A stretch of 52,143 nt of DNA from Chiloscyllium plagiosum (lineage: Eukaryota), in NCBI RefSeq assembly GCF_004010195.1, contig NC_057718.1:61486095-61538237 (forward strand), written 5' to 3'. A model generated the notes under the pieces. That model saw only the letters and a list, made by a program, of their open reading frames with translations, did not search any database and had not been told where the DNA came from. This document shows positions 23,330 to 33,326 of this stretch, in pieces. Within the stretch, counting starts at the first letter, position 1. Each line of letters starts with the position of its first letter. A program made the translations under genes and the position numbers.

Positions 23330-23862
23330 AGCTAAAAGTGAGAAAGATCGAAATGGTATATAGTAGCTTTCACAAACTAAGAACATCTCAAAATAATTTA
23401 CAATCAATGAAGTACTTTGGAGTGCGGGCCCCATTGCAATGCAAGAAATGCAACATCCAATTTAGGCACAGCAATCTCCCACAAGCAACAATGTGAGAAT
23501 GTCCAGATATTCTGCCTCCAGTGGGTGAATGAGGGGTGTACATTGACCAGGACACAAGGAAGACCATCAATGCTCCTCTTTGAAAGAATGCCATGAGATT
23601 GTGGGTGGCATCAAACTGAAAGACAGGGTGTCTGGGAATGTAGTGCTCCCTCACTACTTCGCCAAATTGTCAGTCTTGTCTTTGTGCTGCTGTTGGAATG
23701 ATCACACAACCTTCTAATCTGAGAGGTGCGGTGGCAAAGTCTCTCTGCTTCGAAAGCTAGTGTGCTTCCAATTAAACCTGTTGGACTATAGCCTGGTGTT
23801 GTGTGATTTTTAACTTTCTAATCTGAGGTGGGAATGCTGTTACTGAGCCATTATTGACACCT
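23330..23862 (-). mobile_element. Deu-domain SINE (SacSINE1/AmnSINE-like)
   Basis: Plus strand CTCCTCTTTGAAAGAATGCCATGAGAT..GTGCTCCCTCACTACT..ACAACCTTCTAATCTGAG..ACTGAGCCA..TGACAC matches my recollection of the reverse-complemented DeuSINE core and tRNA head. Confidence 0.75.
23724..23815 (+). mobile_element. Short Penelope pLTR-derived insert (second family)
   Basis: CGAAAGCTAGTGTGCTTCCAATTAAACCTGTTGGACTAT..; 12-bp TSD TTCTAATCTGAG at 23712-23723 and 23816-23827; reverse copy at 32838-32975. Confidence 0.8.
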
Positions 23863-26800
23863 CTAATGTTAGGCAAAAGCTACTTTATTTAACATCAAAT
23901 AGCTATACGGGTAGAGTATTGATGACAAGATACTCAATCTGTTTATCAAATACAGATTGATTAGAATAGTCACAGACTTAATTTGTAACCACAATTACAC
24001 AATGATTTGCTTAACGAGGTATTGTGCTGCAGTGACTGACCACAGAATGTAATTATGATCTTAAAACATGCCAAGAAAGGGATCGATGTTAACCATGGTA
24101 TTTAGTTTACAATGAATAGAAATTTTTGACTTAAGCGGAATTTCATTTGAAGTAGATGTCAAATGATGTGTCCTGAAATATCACTCATCAATAACAGCAT
24201 TTAGAATCCTTTATTGCTTTTGTTTGCAATGTTTGGAAGAGTCAATGTCATCAGCTTTGCAGAATGCTTTTGTAGTTTGGCAAGAGCTGCTACAGACTCC
24301 ATTGTATGTACAACACTGTGTGGCAGGTTTGCAGTTCAGGTGACAGGATGAAGAAAAGCAATGCTTGGAGCCATTGTCTTTAAATTATCTTGGTTTTCTC
24401 TTTTGCTACATGAGGGTTTCCATAAACTAGTATCAAACATTGCTGTCAGTAACAACTGGAAAGATATAAAGCTACGCAGTTTTAACAGCAGACCAGTTTG
24501 TGAGCCTCCACACTGAAAACTATAAAAAGGCTTATTTCACTGTACTTCTGTTTTCTGAAACAATCTCAAGAGGGCAACTAGATTATGTTAACATTTTGCT
24601 TTGTTTACCAGTAAACAAGAATGGAAGAAACTTTAGTCATAGTCTCCTTCAATTTTTTTTTACCGTCCCTAATGCTTATTGAAACAGTTTCATAATATAA
24701 GTAGGCACAATCCAAGTTCCATGAAAACTGCAAAATGAATAGCTTATGTTGTGTAATTGCCATAATGACTATAAATGCTGGCTGACAAAGTCTGTAACTC
24801 CAGCTAATGTTCATTTTATTCACAAAAAAACAACAGAAAGTTGAACCTTCTCATGGTACAAAGGTGCCGGGTTATTACAGGTATCACAGATAGAGCACAA
24901 CACACATCTCTCTTCTTGGTATAATGGATTTCCCTTACCTTTGACCCACAAAGGCCATTGCAACGTGTTGGTGTGAAAAACACAATATTATTTTCTGTCA
25001 TCGAAAGAATTAATGTATGAAGAAGTCCATGACAATTTTCTAAAGAAATATGGTAACATAATGTGGTATCATACAACATAGCAGCGCTCTTCAGTTTCCA
25101 ACATATTTCCTTCTTCTAATCAACACCTCACGTCCATCTCAGCATTGATTTCAATTGACAAAAGAAATGCACAAACATATTTATAGCCACTATATTTCCA
25201 ACCTATATTTGGACCTTGGAACAACAAATATAGTTGGTGGATTATGCAACAAGCAATAAAACTGTTGAACCATTGTTCCATTCAATCAGTGATTATTCTT
25301 GGCTGAAAGGTGACCAGTCACACACTTTCACCAGGCCATGTCGTTTACTGATTAATTGCACACTGCAAACAGTCCAAGAAAACTCTCACTCCACCTGTCT
25401 GGCCAGTGGCCACATGTGTACCTAGATAATTCTCAAAGTAATCTACAGGCAACAGTAGGTCTAGAGGAGTCAGAAAGGTTTTTAGAACCATTTAAAAATT
25501 GAAACATGTTTCCCTGGCCAGATGCAAAGCTAATGCATCACTAACTCACAGTTATTAGATAGGAGGGGCCCTAGAATGTACAAGAGCAGCCTCACTTAAG
25601 GGTGATTCAGCCCTGTAAAGGCTGTGGAACTTTCTTATCTTGACCCCATGATAAATGAAATTCAATAGATTAACATCAATCAAACATTAACTCTTTCCGT
25701 GCTAACTTCTGTTGATGCACTATTCTCATACGTTATGCTATGTAATGAAACAATATTGTAGGAATTCAACCTTTCTTATAATGGTCTGTTTGGTGATAGT
25801 AATTAAAAAAAATGATTTGGCCATGCTGTATGATACCTGGGGTGCTTGTATCCATGTATACTAAGTTAAAAGTGCTCTGTCAGAATGCATATAGCATATT
25901 CAACAAGGCAGATGATTTGAAGGTACAAATTAAGGTAAATTAGTATGACTTAACTGCCACTATAAAATCATGATTACTGTGTGACCAAGACAGGGGACTA
26001 AATATTCAAGAATACTTGGTAGGATTGGCAAACCGGAAAAGAAGATGTTGTAGCATTTGTAATAAGGGTTGAGGTCAGAACAATTGTAAGACAAGAACCT
26101 AAATTGAAGGATCTCAGGAAAAGCAAGAAACAGGAAACCTTAGTGGGGGTTATTAATGAGCCATCAAACCATAGTGGGCCTGGTGGGCACGGTATAAATC
26201 AAGCATGTAGAGGTGCATGTCACATGTGTAAATACAGTAATAATGGGTGTTTTCAATTTACATATAGACCTAGTAAAGTTAACCAGAACTAATGCTGTGG
26301 AGAATTAATTCCTGGTGTGTGTACAAGATGGATTTCTGGAGTAGTACATTAAAGAACCAACAAGAGATTGGGTTGTTTTGATTTTGTATTGTATAATGAG
26401 AAAGGGCTAATTAATAACATTAGTTTAAAAGAATTTTTGGGAAATACTGACCACAGTATAATAAAATTTTACATTAGGTTTGAAAGTGATATTGTTATTC
26501 TGAACTAGAATCTTACATCTGAACAAAGGAAATTATGGAGGTGTGTTTTGGGGGTGGGGGGGGTGAGTTGGTTATGATGAATATGAATAGACTTGACAAT
26601 AGATGGGCAATGGTTTGTATTTAAAAGCGCATTACATGATCTGTAACAAATACATCTGTCTAAAGAAAGAAAACTTCAACAGGAAAGATGAATCAATCAC
26701 GTCTCACAAAAAAGTTAAAGATTGCATTAGATCAAAAGGAGTGGCTGTAAAGGTTGCCAGAAAATGTGCTAAGCATAAGGAGTGGGAGCAATTTAGAATC

Positions 26801-27986
26801 CAGCAAAGGATGACCATGAAACCGATAAAGAGAGATAAAAGCTAAGACAGACATAAGGTAAAACTGTAAAAGCTTATTTAACGCTACGTGAAGAAAAGAT
26901 GACCAAGGACGAATGTGGGTCAATTGCAGGTGAGGACAAAAGAATTTATAATGGAAAACAGGGAACTAATGGAAAACTAAACAAATACATTGTGCCTCCT
27001 TCATGCAGGAAGATACAAAAAATCTCCCAGAAATATTAAGGAATTAAGGGATTGAAATAAATTAATATTTTTAAGGAGATGTGAATTGAAAAATCAACTG
27101 GATTGAAGGTTAATAAATCTGGACCAAATAAGTTTCATCTAAGACCAGATGAACTGCAGTCAAAAATGTTGAAGGAGGAGGCTATGAACATAATGGATAC
27201 ATTAGTGGCTATCAGGTGAGATGCCCAAGGAGTTGAGGGTAGCTAATGTCGTGCCTTTACTTAATAAAGGCTAAAAGGAGAAGTCTGGAAACTATCGACT
27301 TGTGAGATTGACGGTAAGTTGTCTGAAAGGATTCTGAGAGATAGGATTTACATGCGTTTGGAGAGGCAAGGACTGATTAGGATAGTCAGTATGACTTTGT
27401 GCATGGGAAGTCATGTCTGTGACGATGCTGCTCCTTTAACAAGGTTATGTTGCCTTTAGCTTTTTTTTTGTCAGAGAAGTTGTAAAAGTAGCAATTCTAA
27501 AAAGTCTAGTTTTGAAGCGTTTTAGGGCCAGTTTAATTATAGCTAACAGATACTGCCTCTGGAAAAAGGTTTTCAAGTTTTAAAAAAGACACTTGCACAA
27601 TGAAAGGGAAATGGCCAGTTCTTCCAGCTCAGCTTTTCTCTGGTTTGGTTTGATTTGGTTTCGTTTCAGCTGTCCAGCTGTTCACTGAAAGCAGTCAGTC
27701 AGTTTTGAGGCTGTTAGTCCAAGAAACAGCTCCAGGGAAGAAGGTGTTCTGTGCTGAATCTCTCTGCCATCTTTCTCTCTCCTGTCAGAACCTGAGTCTG
27801 GTTTTTCTTTTTTGGCAAAGGGTGTTTATGGTGATTGTAGCAAGTATTTGGAACAGCATCATCAAGTTGGGGTATTCTGTTGGGTTTTCAGGTAAGTTAA
27901 GTTATTCTATTTTCTGTTCTCTTTTGTTTGTGTTTCATTTAGTAATCTTGAAATAAATTCTGTTTTTTTCAAACTAAACGGCATGT

Positions 27987-28076
27987 GCCTTGTTGGTCTA
28001 GGGGCATGATTCTCGCTTAGGGTCTTCTACTCCGCAGACCAGCGACAGATCCCTGTTTCAAATCCCTGCCGAGCCC
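27987..28076 (+). tRNA. tRNA-Pro(AGG) pseudogene with an 18-nt intron-like insert at the canonical 37/38 site
   Basis: 62 of 72 exon positions match vertebrate tRNA-Pro-AGG as recalled; anticodon AGG 28019-28021; insert TCTTCTACTCCGCAGACC 28023-28040; substitutions disrupt the T-stem, B box and acceptor stem. Confidence 0.88.
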
Positions 28077-28122
28077 ACATTTCTTAACTTGACTTGTGCA
28101 AGAATGCCCGTCTAATTTTAGA

Positions 28123-28442
28123 GGACAGCACAGTGGCTCAGTGGTTAGCACTGCTGCCTCACAACGCCATGGTCCCAAGTTTGATTGCAGCCTTGGGAGA
28201 CTGTCTGTGTGGAGTTTGCACATTCTCCTCATGTCTGCGTGGGTTCCCTCCGGGTGCTCCAGTTTCCTCCCACAGTCCAAAGATGTGCAGGTCAGGTGAA
28301 TTGGCCATGTTAAATTGCCCATAGTGTTAGGTGCATTAGTCAAAGGGAAATGGGTCTGGGTGGGATACTCTTTGGAGGGTCGGTGTGGACTGGTTGGGCC
28401 GAAGGGCCTGTTTCCACACTGTAGGGAATCTAATCTAATCTA
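28123..28442 (+). mobile_element. HE1-type V-SINE, full length
   Basis: tRNA head, V-domain, CR1-like tail and TAATC repeats. Confidence 0.93.
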
Positions 28443-30236
28443 AGTGGTTTGATCAGCTGCATCACTCCTGGAATAGCCACTGTATACCTGCTCAAAACAA
28501 CTAGCAAAGTTAGGGTCCAGGCTACTTTTTTGAAATGTTTTGAGGGGTTCTGGCCTGCTTCATAACATGTCTCACAAATTTGATTGAGTTTGTTTGAGGA
28601 CCTAACCATAAAGGCTGATGAGGGCAGAGCAGTAGACTTTAATAAAGCCTTTGACAAAGTTCTGCATGGCAGACTATTGAGTAAAGTGTTTAAAAAGGTG
28701 TTTAGTATGCTTGTCTTCATTGCTCAGACCATTGAGTACAGGAAATGGGCCAACATGTTGAGGTTATACAGGACAATGGTGAGGCCACTTTTCAAGTGCT
28801 ATGTACAGTTCTGGTCACTTTGCTATAGGAAGGATATTATTAAATTGGAGGGAGGGTTCAGAAAAGATTTACCAGGTTGCTGCAGGGACTGGAGGGTTTG
28901 AGTTATAAGGAGAGGTTGGATAGGCTGGTACTTTCTTCACTGGAGCATTGGAGGGTGAGGGGTGATCTTATAAAATCGTGAAGGGCATAGATAAAGTGAA
29001 TAGCAAAGACCTTTATCTGGAGTGTGTAGGGGCATATTTTAAAGGTGAAAGGAGAATGTTTTAAAAAGAAAATGAGGTGCAACTTTTTTTATACAGAGAA
29101 TGGTAAGTGTGTAAAAGAAAAAGGTTAGAGGGATATGGCCAAATGCAGGCAAGTGAGACTAGTTTAGTTGAGAAATGTGGTCAGTATGACTGAGTTGAAC
29201 CAAAGGGTCTGTTTCCATGCTGTATCACTCTATGGCATGAAATTGCAAAGAGAACCCCAGTGTTTAAGAAGGGAGACAAAGTGAAGAACTATATACCTCA
29301 GATAAAAATCTCATATAACTGGAAAATCCTATCTCGGTACTGTCAAAAGGATCAATTCCTACCCTTTAGTCATCGGATAAAAATGCATGCTGTATTTGTA
29401 ATTGCAGATCTTTCTATTGGCTGTCTTAGTGAAAGTTGCATAGGCAGATGATCATGGCAGCAGATTGCTATGCAGCAAATGGCACTGCTCTCTTCATGAC
29501 TTATTGGAGAAGCACATTCTTACCAAAGATCTCATGTGATCTGGATTGCCCTCATAACCTATGTGTCAGGATCACAAAAGACACAGAAGACTCATAATTG
29601 TGGCTTAATGTTTCATTTACTCCATCTGCTTCTCTCTTGTTTCTTCATCATTATAATGTTCAAGGATATTGTCTTAATGGCTCTGGAGAAACTTTCTTTT
29701 TGCAGACCGCAGAGAGGTCATAACCTCCCAGTCACTTCACACACCTGAAGCTGTCAACAGGATGCCCAGGTTTCAGAGGATAGAATTTCCAGAGAGCCTC
29801 AGCCCAACTGCAGATAATACCAGTAAAAGAAGAACTTCAAATTGAGAAACCCTTCACTGCAGTCTTTCTCAGTTAACCCTGATATTGCTAAGTCTTATAA
29901 GTTGCACGCTACCTGAGTCCAAATAAAGATGCAGTGTCATTTGTTCCTAAATATTTAAATAAGACCATTTGTATTTTTGCCCGTTGGATCACAGGATAAG
30001 GAATAGCTGAGCCTTTGAGATAATGTTTGGAGTTCCATATGATATGTACAGATTAAGTAATTGTCCCAATTTTATTTGCATCATTTGTTGTGTTTCTTCT
30101 CTGCTTCCTTCCAATAATAAAAGCTCACACATGTGGAGTTAAACCGTTTTTAATTTGAAAAATGAAAGAGAAAATAGGGCATTTATAATTCAGAAATTAC
30201 CGAGGTTAAAATTGGGTAATCAAAGGAAAGCATGTC

Positions 30237-33188
30237 TGATGTGATTTCAGTGTTCTTACCCTTTATAAATGTGTGGATAAGAAACTGGATATGGATGTTT
30301 TGGTATTGAAAACTCTAACTGTCATTTATTAGTTATTATATACAAGAATAACATTCACAAGCACATTCTGGGCCTATATTCAGTGATTAATTTACACAAA
30401 GCAACACGCTTCCAGTATGTCATGTTTTAAGGGATCTAGTTCAGAAGGATTATGAGATTTTTCCTTTAGGTCACATGATATAATGCTGTGATGATATCAC
30501 AAGCATATCTTATAAAGAGATGCTGAGATACCAACTGTGAGGTATAACACAACATTCCCCTTTTGCCAAAGATGAAAAATTAGTCCAAAGAAATATTCAT
30601 GGCAGATAGTGTCAATTTGATAATTGTACAAACATGTGAAACAGAATTTACAAGATTAATATTTCAAACTTCAGAGTTTGACACCTTCTCCTGTTCCAGT
30701 GAGGTACATTATTCACTGTTGCATTCGTTTGACAACGTGATTGTCCTGCTGCTGGTTTCTGTCATTCAAAATCATCGCACAATCATTGCTGGACTGTGCT
30801 TGCTCATTTTCTTTGTACACGATTCGTGTACTGCACATCGGTCTGAACTGGTTTCTGCTTCTTCACAAAACAGTACTGTGAACGTCATGACCTAGTATAA
30901 TCCGATGAGCTATCTATTTTAGAGATCATTCTGGTATCCAAGTATTTGTTTTTGCATGTGTACTTCACAATATCTGCCCAGTACATAGTTTTGTAGTTAA
31001 CTCATGTTTCTCTTACATGCTCCTAGGCATTTGAAAGAGAATGTTCTATGTCTCCAAATATTTAGACAATTGGTTGCTGGGTCAGCTCATTCACATTTGC
31101 CTTCTAAGTGTGAGTTGTACTGGGGATGGTAATCCCTTTAATGGTATTGCATGAAAATATAATGGTGCAATGTCAACATTTTACTTTGTTTCTTGACACC
31201 TAATGATATTGATGAGTCATGCATTCTGCTAGATGACCCAATACAAGTCTATGTTTTGCAATGGTCTCTTGTAGGCCTGTACCATGAAGTTCATGTCTTT
31301 CAGGATATATCATGGTAATATTTTAGCACTAGCTGTGTCTTGGTCTGAGGTCTGGCTTAGCCTTTGGAGCCAGATTTCATGCTGGACAGGCTTTAGGTGT
31401 ATACAATAAATTATATCTGCAGATGTTGTTAGTGTCATGCACTTTGCTGACCATAGCAATAGTTTAATAGCAATAGTATGTAATTGATATTGACCTGCAA
31501 TTATGGGTTCATATTTGTATCCATCCTCAAGTAATACTGCTTATGGTAAGGCCATTTTCCTGCCTAAAAAAACTTCCCTCAAGTTTTAAATTAGTGTAGA
31601 GCTGATGACTAATTCAATGAGTCACTCTGTGGAAAAGTCACAGCCTTTGTTGTGACGTTGTCAATTAAATTCATCAATAGAGTCTTGAAGTAACATGAAA
31701 TGAAGTTTGTTAATCCTGAAGACAATTCTTGTTTTGAACAGGTCATTGGAAGCTTTCCAGATCTTTTCTAGATTTCCAATTGTCCATGTAAAGACTAGAT
31801 GTGTTAATTATCCAAAATTTGTCCATGTCAATGACAAGTAAGATTTTTAGAACTCTTTTCTTGGGACCATATATTGTTTGGTCTATAACAGAGAACTGCT
31901 TATGTTGTCTGAATAGTTGTAATTCAGAAAAGCTGTCACCAGATGCTGCTCAATACTTAATTAAATCTCTCACTTCTCTTTGTGGGCTTTTATTTTGTTT
32001 GAGGTAGAGTTCATTGCAATTGTTTTCTATTTTCACTGACTTTGCTTCTATTTCCCTTTTTTTAAACTTCTAACTCCCTTTATTTTCCCTGTTTCTGCTG
32101 TTTTAAGAATTGCAAGCTTGTGGTGTAAGAAATTAAGGCTTATAGTAGCAAGTTTCTGCCTGAAGGTGGTATTTGTACCAAATATGTGGTGATATGGGAT
32201 GTGGCCATTCTATTATTTTGTGCCAATTTAGAGAATAACAGAGTTGGTCAATGTCGTTTTACAGGTATGACCTCTTAATATAGAAAACTGCTTTATTAGT
32301 GTTTTAAGGATGCAATTTCTTTTTTGATGGTGTGCTTTCAGGACAATTTAATTTTCTTTAGATTAGATCAGTCTCTTGTGTTTATTTTGTTTTAAGTGGG
32401 GCAGATATGCTCACTATCTTTCTGAAGAAATCAGTAGCCTATAGCTTGATTGTAATGTAAATTTAGTATTTTTGTTTTTAAGTAAAGCACTCTTTGAATT
32501 TTCCTTATTTGAAAAAAACTTAACATATTTGAATCAAAGAGAGTTAGCTCTATCTTCTTTGTTGTCTTCAGATCTCTTCCATTTTCTGTACTTCCATGTA
32601 TGATGTCCAAAGCTGTTTGGTCTTCAATTAGTTTCACAAATATCTGACACCAAGGCATAGGCTTTCTGTATAGATGGTCACCACTGCTGACCATGGTTAG
32701 AATTTGCCTCCAACAGGGTGCTTTTAGCTGATGTATAAATGCTTATGTTATCTCCTGTAACATTAGAAATTGTGGTATTGAAGAATTCAAGGGATATTCA
32801 TTGCACCTAGTTATTATATACAAACAATATATTTACATGATTTGGAGATGTCGATGTTGGACTGGGGCATACAAAGTTAAAAATCACACAACACCAGATT
32901 ATAGTCCAACAGGTTTAATTGGAAGCACACTAGCTTTCAGAGCGACGCTCCTGATGAAGGTGTTGTGTGATATTTAACAATATATTTACAGGCATACTTG
33001 CCCATGCTGACATTATTGCAATAAGCTGTGAAGAAAAGATTGCTTCCAGTAGCATGCCATGCTTCATGGGATCCCAGTTCAGATGGAGAATGAAATCTTT
33101 TTACCTACAGATCACATGCTGGTGCAGTGATGCTGTCATGAGATTCTGCTTAAAGATATATTCATAAACTGTGAGATATAACACAACA
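30237..33188 (-). mobile_element. Ancient, internally deleted gypsy-like LTR element
   Basis: Two diverged ~310-bp LTRs both starting TGTTGTGTTATA(C/T)CTCACAGTT on the minus strand (33188 and 30554); PPT AAAAGGGGAA at 30555-30564; integrase C-terminal remnants AIPLKGLPSPVQL..RRQ and TWIP..VL*RSRNQFR. LTR 3' ends approximate, no TSD seen. Confidence 0.75.
32838..32975 (-). mobile_element. Penelope pLTR-derived insert with short inverted end and split hammerhead-like core
   Basis: 15-bp TSD AACAATATATTTACA at 32823-32837 and 32976-32990; minus strand GGAGCGTCGCTCTGAAAGCTA, plus strand CTGATGAAGG. Confidence 0.85.
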
Positions 33189-33326
33189 CCTCCTGTCTCA
33201 AAATTCAGCTCAGCAACATCAATGATTTCTGTCCTGAAAGACCTTGCAAAGCTGAAAAATTGGGAACAGTGGACAGCACCAACCACTGTTTGACATAACT
33301 TTGAGAGTGATAGCATGGTCAATCCA

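Larger units (their letters stand above)
27418..28567 (+). mobile_element. Solo LTR inserted into CR1
   Basis: Splits the CR1 motif TCATGTC|TCACAAA; TG..CA termini; 4-bp TSD TGTC at 27414-27417 and 28568-28571; AATAAA near 27952. Confidence 0.88.
25860..29300 (+). mobile_element. Nested CR1 LINEs: old EN-to-RT copy (25860-27210, 29240-29300) containing a younger HER1-like copy (27215-29235)
   Basis: Degenerate endonuclease-region sequence; PLLNKG..GNYRLV; DFNKAFDKVLHGRLL..LYRTMVRPLF; HER1-like tail at 29200-29235. Confidence 0.8.

Noticed and set aside
29695..29845. Plus-strand acceptor followed by a 45-codon open frame (RREVITSQSLHTPEAVNRMPRF..)
   Set aside because: Unrecognised peptide, no linked exons; expected by chance.
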